Positions 10,069 through 19,658 of a stretch of 64,000 nt of DNA are shown here, one piece after another (the stretch's first letter is position 1; every line of letters begins with the position of its first letter). Position numbers and translations under genes: made by a program. The notes under the pieces were generated by a model, which saw nothing but the letters and a program-made list of their open reading frames with translations, made no database searches and was not told where the DNA came from. The DNA lies in sequence record OZ196285.1. One strand, 5' to 3'.

Positions 10069-13000
10069 CCTCGTTGAACTCAAACGTGTTCGTAGACCCA
10101 TCAGATTTAATTCGCGTTGCATTGTTTTCATACTCACCTAGTGTGTTGTAACAACTGACAATAGGCGTATGTTCAGCGCCTGCACACAACTCGGCAATCG
10201 AGGGTTGAGTCCCATCCATCACATCAACTCGCGGTCTATGATAATTCTGAATCGTGTTCGCATCAGTAGAATAATACAAAAAGCTTCGATGTGTATTGCT
10301 CGTCGAGCCCGCCTTGCTGCGAAAGTTGGATGATATATTGCCAATCTTCTCGCCATTGACGTTGTATATGCCATAATCGGTATATGTGTTTGTGTCAGTC
10401 GTACCCGCTGCATACAAATAAGCAACGACTAAAAACCACTCGTTGCCATTTGGCAAATTACCAGACGATATAAAGTATGGGTTGGTATTTGCAGACCCAC
10501 TGAGATTTTCAGTATGCGACCCACTACACCCCAAATACCAACTACCGTTGCCCGTAACTTCTCGTTGAATCCAATTTGTATATCGATGATGCTTGGTAGA
10601 ATCAATCGCGACTGTCTGACCGTACCATCCACCATCACTACTGCTTGTCCCGCGAGTCATACCTTGCCATACAACATCATGGTCACCCCACGGATTTTTC
10701 TTTATAGTTATCAAATTCTCAATAGGATCAGATGTGCCGAATCCGCCATCATCACCGATAACCCACGTCGAATAGTCCAACAACGAAGGCTCAAAATTCG
10801 TTTCAATCAGCTCGCCTGCATGAACAACTCCGTCACGAGTAACACCCGTGTCGTGGTAGCCGCCGGTCACGAATCGCGAATTTGTGTAGTAAACAATCGA
10901 CCCGCTTTCGTTATATCGCCTTCCCTCTGCGAATTGAGACAGCAATTCACCGTTCTTGATGCCCATGAATCCCCACGTTCCGCGTGATGCAATTGCGTGA
11001 TCCTCAGTAACCCCAAAATACTTCAAGAATGTTTCTCTAAGTTGACCGTTCTGAGTCGTACTAGCATCACATCGAGCAGCAGTCATCAACCATCCATCTT
11101 CCATATTGTCCATTGCATGAATCAGCCAGTCAGCAGCTTCTTGAGCAGAGTCAGCGATATCATTTGCAGACGCAACATAAACAGTGCCGTCGAACTCATA
11201 ATACTGAGTAGTCGTGCCCGAATATGTATCCAACGAACCGTAGCCGCGCAACGTCATGCTTTCGTCGTAAATACAGAAGCTAATGCCGCGACTACTAGAC
11301 TGATAACCTTGCTTAACGCCATTGATAAACGTACCGGTATTTCCTGATGAGCTACTGCGAATTTCGATTTCTAAATCGCCATCGCTATCCCAACCCTCAA
11401 CGAACTCAGACGCACAAAAAACACCCGTTTCAACAACAGACGCTCGGACTCTAGACAAACGATTGATCTTCTCTGCTGATAGCTCTGACGCATATACTCG
11501 AACATCAGATACGTGACCCTCATTCATCTTGCGATATTCGTAGCTACCACTAGCACCCGCATCGTAATTGATCATTAGTCGATACGCAGCGCCCGGGTTG
11601 GTATTTACGTTCTCGCCAGTTCCTTCAAGAACGCCATCGACGTATGTTTTGTAAACGCCATCAGCGTACGACATTGCAAGGTGATGCCAAACGCCATCAG
11701 AGACTTGACTCGTGCCCGTTGCAACTTGCTTGTCTGTACCAGTCGAGCTATCACCATACAAATGACATGCTAGTACGCCCCCTTCGATTTGCATCGAATT
11801 TAGAACATTGTTACCGGTTCTACCACCAAACAATAAGAATACAGCCGAATCGGTAGTTTTTACCCACAACGAGCGAGTAAACGCAGGCAATGTTGCTAGA
11901 TAGTCGTTCTTGAACTTAATTGAGTTGAAATGTCCATCAGCAGACGGTCGAATGTAATAACCACTGGCACCAACTGCTGCATCAGAACTCCATCCAGCGG
12001 TTGTCGAATCAAGATACGCATCGTTGCCATACCCCGAACGGTCGTAGACCGCATCAGATTGTATGTCTTGTGGTTCACGTGCCAACGTATCAGACTGAAC
12101 AGCAACAGAACGAGCAAATTTGTACCAGTATGAATTCCCATCACTCGCACCCCCAATTCGCGATGTCAATTTCAAAATATCAGACGAATCAGTCGTGCGA
12201 TGTGACTGAAACATGTATCCTGTTTTCGTTATGAATTCTTTCGTTCCTGATTTGGTTCCGTCACCAACACCCTCATTTTGATACGAAATGAAGTACAAAT
12301 GATCGCGATATGAGGGATCATTTGTGGCGATCAATTCTACACCAAATGTATATGGTGTATCTGATTTCATATCAGTCACATTGAGCGAGTTCGTGTACCA
12401 GCTACCCACATCACCTGTCGTAGTTACAGTAAACGTACCATCGTCATTATTCACAACAGAATTGCGATAATGATTCCCACTAGCGTGTCCATCGCTCAGA
12501 TTCAATCCGAACAGTGGAGCACCGCTCAGATGAACAATTTTCGCGTCTAAAATTTCATCCAATTCGAGGTCTGTGATGCAATGATCGTAAATTCGAACAT
12601 CATTCATTTTTCCATTAGGGCGATAACTCGAACTCGAACTATTCGTTACAGACCAGTTGAACAACTCAAGATATTCTTCAGTATATGCAAACGACGAATA
12701 CGGCTGAGTTTTTTCGATTACCCCGTCAACGAGAAGTTCAAGTTTTGTGCCGTCATAACGATAAGTTAAGTGACGCCACGCCCCGCGCAAATCACTAGTT
12801 CCGTAATAAGCGTTGTATGTTCGACCTGTACCACTCCCCGTGCTACACCCTATGTAAATCTCGCTACTATTGGTTCGCTTCATTAACCCAAGGCATGGGT
12901 TCGAATTCGCGACGTGATTATGTAGAGTTACCAGCCCATTCGCAGTATTCGTATGAGCACTACCTCCACTATAGAACCACGCTGTCATTGTAAATTCTTT

Positions 13001-13192
13001 AGTAAGCAAGATCTTATTATCAGAACGGAGCAAATCTACGGTATTGTATGTAATTCTTTCATGACAACGACCGATTTTACCGCCAGTCGCTGAAGCGATA
13101 TTAGCCTCGCTCCCGACTAATGACAAGTGGTTTGCATTCCCACTTTTATCGTGTAAGTCCCCGTCTAGTGGGTACCATGCTATTAATGACAT
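10064..13192 (-). CDS. Tail-fibre-associated lectin: two LamG/ConA-like domains, an ILEI/GG-like domain and a C-terminal beta-sandwich
   Basis: AWYPLDGD..DKSGN, W.HL.......LYVDG and D.R.Y motifs twice; central RGI.F..YD...FDTY...WGF.GIKNG segment. Confidence 0.75.
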   Translation of the reverse strand: MSLIAWYPLDGDLHDKSGNANHLSLVGSEANIASATGGKIGRCHERITYNTVDLLRSDNKILLTKEFTMTAWFYSGGSAHTNTANGLVTLHNHVANSNPCLGLMKRTNSSEIYIGCSTGSGTGRTYNAYYGTSDLRGAWRHLTYRYDGTKLELLVDGVIEKTQPYSSFAYTEEYLELFNWSVTNSSSSSYRPNGKMNDVRIYDHCITDLELDEILDAKIVHLSGAPLFGLNLSDGHASGNHYRNSVVNNDDGTFTVTTTGDVGSWYTNSLNVTDMKSDTPYTFGVELIATNDPSYRDHLYFISYQNEGVGDGTKSGTKEFITKTGYMFQSHRTTDSSDILKLTSRIGGASDGNSYWYKFARSVAVQSDTLAREPQDIQSDAVYDRSGYGNDAYLDSTTAGWSSDAAVGASGYYIRPSADGHFNSIKFKNDYLATLPAFTRSLWVKTTDSAVFLLFGGRTGNNVLNSMQIEGGVLACHLYGDSSTGTDKQVATGTSQVSDGVWHHLAMSYADGVYKTYVDGVLEGTGENVNTNPGAAYRLMINYDAGASGSYEYRKMNEGHVSDVRVYASELSAEKINRLSRVRASVVETGVFCASEFVEGWDSDGDLEIEIRSSSSGNTGTFINGVKQGYQSSSRGISFCIYDESMTLRGYGSLDTYSGTTTQYYEFDGTVYVASANDIADSAQEAADWLIHAMDNMEDGWLMTAARCDASTTQNGQLRETFLKYFGVTEDHAIASRGTWGFMGIKNGELLSQFAEGRRYNESGSIVYYTNSRFVTGGYHDTGVTRDGVVHAGELIETNFEPSLLDYSTWVIGDDGGFGTSDPIENLITIKKNPWGDHDVVWQGMTRGTSSSDGGWYGQTVAIDSTKHHRYTNWIQREVTGNGSWYLGCSGSHTENLSGSANTNPYFISSGNLPNGNEWFLVVAYLYAAGTTDTNTYTDYGIYNVNGEKIGNISSNFRSKAGSTSNTHRSFLYYSTDANTIQNYHRPRVDVMDGTQPSIAELCAGAEHTPIVSCYNTLGEYENNATRIKSDGSTNTFEFNEV

Positions 13193-13203
13193 TGTTTACC
13201 GCC

Positions 13204-14844
13204 TTATGCGAAAATAAAATCGATTGATTTAGATGTCGAATTGTATTCAATCGTTGCAGCCCCATCGTCGAAGTTCATTTCAGAACGACCATCGTGTTGC
13301 ATAGGGCTGCCGTTGTATGTTACTGCGTCGGCTGAACTTGCACTCGTTGTTGAGTCAATACGCAGTGTGTTTTTAGAACCTGCGCCTGCACGCAACTCGA
13401 TTCCTTCAGTTGCACCAGTCCCGTCTAAGTCAGCTTGAATGATCACACTTGCGTTCGACTGCAACGTAGGTGATGAATTACCACCCATCAGATTCAAAAA
13501 GTATCCGATTGACGAACCAACGATAGAGTTAGTACCAATCGTCAAGTTACCAGTCATCGAATCACCAGTCGCATTCACATAACGGCTGTCTAGCTTCGAC
13601 GTGTAGTTACCCATGTGGATAAGATCGTGACCGTTGAACTCAACTCCGTTAATGTCCGTCCCTCCGCCGCGAACGCGCAACGTGTTCAGACCTGCTTTTA
13701 GATTTAAGTATCGTGTTGCTTCGTTATCATTAGAATCGGCTTCAATTGTGATATCACCGACCGATTGCATATCAATCGACGTGGTATTGAATTTCAGATT
13801 ATACGATGCATTCGAACCCTCAAGACCATGACCGACTTCAAACCGAATATCAGTGCCTTTCATGTCAAGGTCGCCTGCGGTAGTGAATTCCCAGTTGTCA
13901 CCACTCACTTTATTACCACGAAACGCAACTAATGAACTATCATCCCCATCCCCGATGTAAATCGTATCTGAGTATATGTATGTAGTCGGTGCGCCTGACT
14001 GAATGTAAAAATTACCGCCAGTGAATGCTGTTCGACCATCAGAGTCTGTATAGAAATACCCGTTGCCTTTATCGCCAAGATAAACTCTAGGCGCGACCAG
14101 CGCAGTGTCAGAACTCACGTCCCCGTCGAACGATGCTGCACCGTTGCCTAAATTAAATTCAATTCGCGATATATCAAGGTCGCGGTCGATGAATCGCAGC
14201 AGCTTAGAAACGCTGTAGTCAATACCTGCGATGTATGCAGAGTTTTGAAATTGCAATTCAGATGAGTAAGACGTACCATTATCTTGCAGAACTATGTCAT
14301 CAGTAAATATAACTTTACCAGAGAACGTGTTATCGCCATCAGTACCTGCATAACGCGAGTCAAGATACGTCGTATAGTTGCCAGTATGAAGCATTTTGCT
14401 CGTAGATGAACCGTCGTAATAATCGAAATTACCGTCATGATCGAATTTCCACGATTTATTCGAATTAGTCGATTGAATCATGAACTCATTGCCGTCAGTC
14501 CCTGACGTACTACCCAGATATGTCAAATTCCATGCATACGTAGAATTACCCATGCGAATCCACGCATCAGTGCCACCAAGAGTGTCGCCACTGCCATCAG
14601 ATACGCCACCATCAATTGACAACGCAAGTCCTGTTTTGTTTAGATGCAGCGGGCCGCTCATCGAATCGCCTGCGCGTTTAACAACAGATTCAGTCAAGCC
14701 GGTATGCGGGTCTGGTTTGTCGTTCTCAGTGTAAATTTTATAGCCGTCGTAACGAATCGAATCGCCCTGTGGATCGAAACGTAAATTCCCTCCGTGCCAT
14801 ACTATGTTACCGCCAATCGCGGTAGTTGACTTTAATTCTGCCAT
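13204..14844 (-). CDS. gp36-like proximal fibre or hinge connector
   Basis: First 24 aa identical to the 1270-aa fibre; GD.M.G.L motifs; C-terminal IEYNSTSKSIDFIFA. Confidence 0.8.
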   Translation of the reverse strand: MAELKSTTAIGGNIVWHGGNLRFDPQGDSIRYDGYKIYTENDKPDPHTGLTESVVKRAGDSMSGPLHLNKTGLALSIDGGVSDGSGDTLGGTDAWIRMGNSTYAWNLTYLGSTSGTDGNEFMIQSTNSNKSWKFDHDGNFDYYDGSSTSKMLHTGNYTTYLDSRYAGTDGDNTFSGKVIFTDDIVLQDNGTSYSSELQFQNSAYIAGIDYSVSKLLRFIDRDLDISRIEFNLGNGAASFDGDVSSDTALVAPRVYLGDKGNGYFYTDSDGRTAFTGGNFYIQSGAPTTYIYSDTIYIGDGDDSSLVAFRGNKVSGDNWEFTTAGDLDMKGTDIRFEVGHGLEGSNASYNLKFNTTSIDMQSVGDITIEADSNDNEATRYLNLKAGLNTLRVRGGGTDINGVEFNGHDLIHMGNYTSKLDSRYVNATGDSMTGNLTIGTNSIVGSSIGYFLNLMGGNSSPTLQSNASVIIQADLDGTGATEGIELRAGAGSKNTLRIDSTTSASSADAVTYNGSPMQHDGRSEMNFDDGAATIEYNSTSKSIDFIFA

Positions 14845-14883
14845 TGAAAAATTCCCAATTTATGAAAATAAGATATATGACAG

Positions 14884-14890
14884 TATTTAG
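14884..14890 (-). promoter_or_regulatory. Late promoter variant CTAAATA
   Basis: Upstream of 14844. Confidence 0.6.
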
Positions 14891-14898
14891 TATAGCCG

Positions 14899-14922
14899 AA
14901 AAAAAGGACGCCTTAGCGTCCT
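14899..14922 (-). terminator. Rho-independent terminator
   Basis: AGGACGC-loop-GCGTCCT followed by a T run on the minus strand. Confidence 0.75.
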
Positions 14923-15443
14923 TTAGTTTTTTTATATTTCGCTTTCTTATTCTTTCGATTAATCTTGCGAACTTCTTTTCGTTTAGCGATTTTATCAGCT
15001 CTTCGCACTGCATCGTAATCAGCAGCACAAGACGCTGCAAACGCATCAGGCTTGAATACAGGCTCCTGACCTACATAACCCAAGATCGTGCCCTTAGCTT
15101 CGTTATACGCAATGCTAGACTTATGTTTCGGGTCAGGATTGATATCGACGTGAACTTCAAAGCCACGAGGACCGCACATTGGCTTAACGCGCAACGCACA
15201 TTCACCTGCTTTGTAGACTTCATTCATTAGACGACTGCGAATACCGTCAGTCGCGTTCATGTATGCAGGTTCAGTTTCAACCATCTTGAAGACTTGAGCA
15301 CCTTTACTGCCTTCCAAGTGAATTATGATTACAGTCGCATAACTGATTAAATCACTCTTTCGCTTACTGTCACATCCGACATAAATCGTGCTGCTCGGGT
15401 GACTATTGCATATCGCTGTTTCTATTGCTTCCCAATCAAACAT
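14913..15443 (-). CDS. RNase H-like protein, YkuK/DUF458 family
   Basis: IYVGCDS, YATVI..H...GA, RLMNEV, EVHVDIN...KS and AASCAAD motifs; basic C-terminal tail. Confidence 0.85.
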   Translation of the reverse strand: MFDWEAIETAICNSHPSSTIYVGCDSKRKSDLISYATVIIIHLEGSKGAQVFKMVETEPAYMNATDGIRSRLMNEVYKAGECALRVKPMCGPRGFEVHVDINPDPKHKSSIAYNEAKGTILGYVGQEPVFKPDAFAASCAADYDAVRRADKIAKRKEVRKINRKNKKAKYKKTKGR

Positions 15444-15455
15444 TGTTCACCTCAC

Positions 15456-15478
15456 AAAAAAGGCGGCATGAAGCCGCC
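15456..15478 (-). terminator. Terminator between the DUF2828 and RNase H-like genes
   Basis: GGCGGC-TTCAT-GCCGCC-TTTTT on the minus strand. Confidence 0.7.
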
Positions 15479-15487
15479 CCATTCTAG

Positions 15488-16936
15488 TTATACTGCGTAC
15501 CGGTCGATACCAACAGTCTTCATCATGATCTTCACTGGCTCAAGCTCGCCATCAAGTAAAGAAGTCAGGATAGATGGACTACAACCCGACACAAGTGCCG
15601 TACCTGCCTCACCCGTTTTCACTGGTACGTTGTCTAGACGACCGCGAATGTTCCAGAACGCTAGTTGCGGCATTTCGTAGCCCGCTGCTGCGTATTGAGC
15701 TTTGATAGCATCAAAGTTTGTTTCTGTGCGGCTTGGCCAACCACCACCGCATTTCGCAGTGTTGAATTCCATGTCAGACATGATCAACATCTTCGTAGGC
15801 ATTTCAGATTGTGGCAAGTTTGCACGCTGCGCACGCTCCAATAGCACTTCGAAACACTTCTGAATATCAGTGCTCATGTTCTCACCAGAACGACGCATGT
15901 TAGCAAGACGCGTTGACAGTGTATCACCAACAAGCTTGTGGAAATGTGGATCGCCTGAGAACGAAATGAACTGATCTTTGAAGATACCTTCGTTACGTTC
16001 AGCTACGTAGACACCAAGAGACATCGCTACGTCCATACAAGTTGTAACAGTGCCCTGTGAATAGCAGCTACCTTGTTCTGAGTTAATCGCACAATTCATT
16101 GAGCCAGACACATCAACAACAGGGATGATGCGCTCGTCAGACCCTTCCATGTAATTCGGAAGTGCTTTCCATTGCTGATCTGCTACACGTGAATCGCCCA
16201 TTCGTACGCTGCGAACAACGTCGTAAGGGAAGACTGCACCTGCATTGATCTTAGCTTCGCCTTTCTCAAGCTTGTTGATGTACTCACCGTAGTTCTCAGC
16301 CGCGTTACGACCGAATGCTTTCTGATAACGCGCAGACGCTACAGATGGCAACTTACCGAAGTCGATCTCGTTCCAGTTCTGTGAACACATTTTCTGTTCA
16401 ACAGTGTCAGACAGCGTAGAAATGACCTTACGCCATTGCTTCGATGTCACGCCAAGCGCCTTGATAGTGCGCTTAAACACGATACCGTTTTTACTCTTCT
16501 CACGAGGGAACCACTTCGCAGCCAGTGCGTTTTTGCCGTTCACGATTGCATTTGCCCATAGAGCAATTGCATCAGACTCAAGAGGAGTACCGAACGCAGT
16601 CACTAAGTCATCGAAACGACCTAATTCTGGCACCTTGTGCATTACAGCACGTGCAACGTCAGGGTTTTTCGCGATAAGTTCAGCGAAAATGCGACGGAAA
16701 GTACCGCGCTCACCTGCACCACCGCGCACGTCGCGAGACCATAGCAAGATACGTGTTGCTAGTTCAGGGTTTTCACCGTATGCGCGATTGAACGCATGTA
16801 CTGAATCTTTGTTACCGCGCATTGCTGCTACAGTAAAGAACAAGTTCAGACACTCGTTACCCGAAGTGCTGTGTGTAATTGCACCGTTTGCTGTACGTGC
16901 GTCGTTTGTGCTCATTGCGTTCATAAATGCTGACAT
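15488..16936 (-). CDS. DUF2828 TROVE-like/vWA protein (Ro60-related RNA-binding protein)
   Basis: T.NGA..H..S, RDVRGGAGER, GRFDDL, AAKW.PR and SVA..RY.KAF motifs; vWA MIDAS VVDVSGSM and MSDMEF. Start moved to 16936 (SD GAGGA). Confidence 0.9.
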   Translation of the reverse strand: MSAFMNAMSTNDARTANGAITHSTSGNECLNLFFTVAAMRGNKDSVHAFNRAYGENPELATRILLWSRDVRGGAGERGTFRRIFAELIAKNPDVARAVMHKVPELGRFDDLVTAFGTPLESDAIALWANAIVNGKNALAAKWFPREKSKNGIVFKRTIKALGVTSKQWRKVISTLSDTVEQKMCSQNWNEIDFGKLPSVASARYQKAFGRNAAENYGEYINKLEKGEAKINAGAVFPYDVVRSVRMGDSRVADQQWKALPNYMEGSDERIIPVVDVSGSMNCAINSEQGSCYSQGTVTTCMDVAMSLGVYVAERNEGIFKDQFISFSGDPHFHKLVGDTLSTRLANMRRSGENMSTDIQKCFEVLLERAQRANLPQSEMPTKMLIMSDMEFNTAKCGGGWPSRTETNFDAIKAQYAAAGYEMPQLAFWNIRGRLDNVPVKTGEAGTALVSGCSPSILTSLLDGELEPVKIMMKTVGIDRYAV

Positions 16937-16984
16937 TGTGTATTTCCTCTTAAATAATATGCTGTAAAATGTCTTATGCGTTGT

Positions 16985-17013
16985 ATTATACACACGTTTT
17001 TACGAGTGTAAAC
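16985..17013 (-). promoter_or_regulatory. Early promoter of the DUF2828 gene
   Basis: GTTTAC-17 bp-TATAAT, the T4 early consensus. Confidence 0.8.
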
Positions 17014-17035
17014 AACATTTTCAAGTTTTTTTTAA

Positions 17036-17356
17036 TTATCGCTGCATCGGATTTCTGCGAGTAAATGCCGTACCATTCTTGTGTACTTCGACAAGAATAT
17101 TACCTGCTGTACCGTAACTCGCACGAACAGTACGATACCCGTATTTCTCAAACCAATTGCGAATGATCGTCGCTCCACGCTTGTCTGTGTCAATTACATG
17201 AACTGGCACTTTGAACGTAATCGGAAACACCTGATTCGCTTCTACTGCTGCCATAAATTCAGTTTCACACTTTGACGTGTAGTGGTCGGTCAGTGTTTTA
17301 CGCTCATCAGCAATGCGCGTTTCGATTGCATCTTGAAGTTTGGTATATTCAATCAT
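17036..17356 (-). CDS. Hypothetical protein
   Basis: 106-aa ORF in a tightly packed minus-strand run. Confidence 0.7.
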   Translation of the reverse strand: MIEYTKLQDAIETRIADERKTLTDHYTSKCETEFMAAVEANQVFPITFKVPVHVIDTDKRGATIIRNWFEKYGYRTVRASYGTAGNILVEVHKNGTAFTRRNPMQR

Positions 17357-17361
17357 GGTGA

Positions 17362-17685
17362 TTATCCATTATTCTCGCGAATTAACAGAGTCACGTATGA
17401 GAATGATACCGCGTTGTATTCACGATAATCTGCGTCATGGCGACCGAATTCAGCGTCGAAGTTAAAAAATCCCTCATCACGAAGCACTTCATGAATAAGT
17501 GTCATGTATTCCGAACACGCATCGCTTTGTGAGTCAAGTGTAATTTGCATTTTCAAAGGGAATCGATATCCCTTTGACGAGTCAATCAAATCTGCAATCG
17601 ATTTGCGTAGCTTGACTGTGAAGTCAGTTGCACGCTGAGAACGATTGTCTTTGACTTTCGAAACTAAGTTGTCATATAAACTCAT
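17362..17685 (-). CDS. Hypothetical protein
   Basis: 107-aa ORF, coupled overlap with its neighbour. Confidence 0.7.
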   Translation of the reverse strand: MSLYDNLVSKVKDNRSQRATDFTVKLRKSIADLIDSSKGYRFPLKMQITLDSQSDACSEYMTLIHEVLRDEGFFNFDAEFGRHDADYREYNAVSFSYVTLLIRENNG

Positions 17686-17978
17686 GATTGTACCTTAGGC
17701 AGCATTGAAACTGTCAGTTTAGGTTCGTTAAGACGACCGCGAAATTTCACAAGCATTCGGTGACTGAAGTCGTCGGGATGCTCTTCAAGATGGGCTGCAA
17801 ACTCCCACAGACGACAGTCGTTGCGCATTGCTCGACCGATAGTGTGATGATAAGCTGATAAGTCAGTCTCATCATTCAGAAACTGCTCACGCGCTTCTGG
17901 TGGGCTATTTTCCCAAAGTCCCTTCAACCAACGCTGACAGTGTGCAGCTAGAATATGTTTCACTAGAAATGTTTTCAC
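17682..17978 (-). CDS. Hypothetical protein
   Basis: 98-aa ORF with ATGA overlaps. Confidence 0.7.
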   Translation of the reverse strand: MKTFLVKHILAAHCQRWLKGLWENSPPEAREQFLNDETDLSAYHHTIGRAMRNDCRLWEFAAHLEEHPDDFSHRMLVKFRGRLNEPKLTVSMLPKVQS

Positions 17979-18346
17979 ATGTAATCCTTAATGTCACCAA
18001 CAAAATGACGAATGCATGAGCTATCAAGTCGAGGACGCGTGTCTTCTTCTGCAATAGCAGGTAAAATGTATTGATCATTAAAAGGCTGACCACTTGCCTT
18101 TGCGATTTCGAGCGCATCACCGCGATTGAAATACTCACCGCAGAAATTCACAAACCCCTGCCCGCGATCACCGAGTTCACTTCGATGTCGAATCGTACAA
18201 CCAAGCTCTTTAAGAGTCTTGATTATAGGCGACATGTTTCTACCAAAGTGACAGCTATCAACGACGACGAGATCTTTCACTGTACCGTCAGGGTACGTTA
18301 CTTCAATCGCGTTCGCAGCAGCAGAGATTACATTAATATGTTCCAT
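17975..18346 (-). CDS. Conserved phage hypothetical protein
   Basis: ISAAAN...QGFVNFCGEYF.R..A..IA...GQ pattern is common in phage proteins; function unknown. Confidence 0.7.
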   Translation of the reverse strand: MEHINVISAAANAIEVTYPDGTVKDLVVVDSCHFGRNMSPIIKTLKELGCTIRHRSELGDRGQGFVNFCGEYFNRGDALEIAKASGQPFNDQYILPAIAEEDTRPRLDSSCIRHFVGDIKDYM

Positions 18347-18347
18347 A

Positions 18348-18680
18348 CTATCTCCGTGTAAAAATTGAGCCTAACTGACTATACTTGTTGCTGTGTAGCA
18401 ACATTTGTTTCATTCGAGCGAGTGCAACTGAATTGCTCGTCACTAGAACGATAGTTTTTGGAAAGTTACCGTGGTCGATAGCATAACTTAAAATATCATA
18501 ACCTTCACCATCGTAAGTTCCCAAGTCGTTGTCCATGAACAGAGTGATGTCAGTCAAGTTCGTGAACTTAACGTATTTCATCCCATCTTCGAACGTTCGA
18601 ATCGTGAGTTTTTCGTCATCGAGAACGTGATCAGCAGTCATCTTGTTGATATCACGCAAATCATCGATTAGCACGTACAT
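18348..18680 (-). CDS. Cyclic-phosphate-processing receiver (cREC-like) domain protein
   Basis: LIDDLR, MDNDLG...GYD and VTSN motifs. Confidence 0.7.
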   Translation of the reverse strand: MYVLIDDLRDINKMTADHVLDDEKLTIRTFEDGMKYVKFTNLTDITLFMDNDLGTYDGEGYDILSYAIDHGNFPKTIVLVTSNSVALARMKQMLLHSNKYSQLGSIFTRR

Positions 18681-18946
18681 ACATCAATCTCCACGGCATG
18701 TAAGTCTACAAGCCAATAAGTTAAATCATAAGCAGAAGCTAAAGTCGGAGTATACGAAATCCAATAATGCATGTTATTAGACATCGATTCTAGATAGAAC
18801 ACTGCTTCGTCAGCAGACACGCGATAGATGAATTCTGAATTCATGTACGCATCAACAACTTTAGTACGAGGATCGATGATAACATCGAACCCAGCTTGCG
18901 TAAACAAGCTTGCAATTGTCTCGTGTTCAGTCAGAAGTAATGACAT
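18668..18946 (-). CDS. Hypothetical protein
   Basis: Start moved to MSLLL at 18946 (SD GAGA). Confidence 0.6.
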   Translation of the reverse strand: MSLLLTEHETIASLFTQAGFDVIIDPRTKVVDAYMNSEFIYRVSADEAVFYLESMSNNMHYWISYTPTLASAYDLTYWLVDLHAVEIDVCTC

Positions 18947-19007
18947 TTTCGTTTCTCTCGTTCGCTTCGATAAATACAAATATACAGATACAGTAAGGAC
19001 TTGTCAA

Positions 19008-19385
19008 ATGAAAGATGAAAAAATCTCAAACTTTTGTGAATACCTAGAAGAGAGTTGGGTTGAACGTAAGTGGAAAGAGTTTAAAGATGGCGGCGAACAG
19101 CGCACGTTGAAAAGCTTAGGTAAGAAAATGACCAAGCTCAGTAAGACGATGAAGCAAGCTGAGAGCAACGAGAACCGCAAAAGATACGAAGCAGCAGAAA
19201 TGAACTTCAAGAAGATACGAATGGACGCTACTCACGCGCTGCGTACAGCCCAGAAAGTGTCGAAAGGAAAGAACATGAGCGTTGATATGTATGAGGCGCT
19301 TAAAGTCATTGAGAGTGAGCTACAGAGCTGGATTCAATATGCCAACGATGGTTTATTGAGATTAATGACGAATCAGTTAATTTAA
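19008..19385 (+). CDS. Late-expressed basic helical protein; possible internal head protein
   Basis: GATAAATA at 18969, SD AAGGA, N-terminal F.EYLEES; start moved from 18828. Confidence 0.6.
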   Translation: MKDEKISNFCEYLEESWVERKWKEFKDGGEQRTLKSLGKKMTKLSKTMKQAESNENRKRYEAAEMNFKKIRMDATHALRTAQKVSKGKNMSVDMYEALKVIESELQSWIQYANDGLLRLMTNQLI

Positions 19386-19388
19386 ACC

Positions 19389-19415
19389 AAAAAAGCCCGC
19401 ATTGAGCGGGCTTTT
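19389..19415. terminator. Bidirectional terminator
   Basis: AAAAAAGCCCGC-ATTGA-GCGGGCTTTT between convergent ORFs. Confidence 0.85.
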
Positions 19416-19418
19416 GTT

Positions 19419-19658
19419 TTAATGGTTATGGCGTAACTTGCGATTGATCGTTTGATCTACAACCGTGGAGTACATTAAATGTTCTTTATAATATTTCTCA
19501 TCAACTCGATTGCATTGGAATTGTCGAAAGTCTTTGCGCAGTCTCGCAATGAATTTATTCAGTGCTTTGCGTACTTGGCAAACTTCGTTTAGTTCCATGC
19601 CTTTTAGCGTATCTTCAGAAAGTATTTCCATGATTGTTACCTCTAGGTTATTAGACAT
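19419..19658 (-). CDS. Hypothetical protein
   Basis: 79-aa ORF ending at a terminator. Confidence 0.55.
   Translation of the reverse strand: MSNNLEVTIMEILSEDTLKGMELNEVCQVRKALNKFIARLRKDFRQFQCNRVDEKYYKEHLMYSTVVDQTINRKLRHNH

Noticed and set aside
4476-14734. Many 60-160-aa alternative-frame ORFs within the fibre genes
   Set aside because: They are fully nested in long, well-supported CDSs and often repeat because the host gene repeats.
14913-15443. T4 rnh (5'-3' exonuclease RNase H)
   Set aside because: The motifs and size match the YkuK/DUF458 family, not the FEN-type T4 RNase H.
16404-16967. 187-aa plus-strand ORF
   Set aside because: Antisense shadow of the DUF2828 gene.
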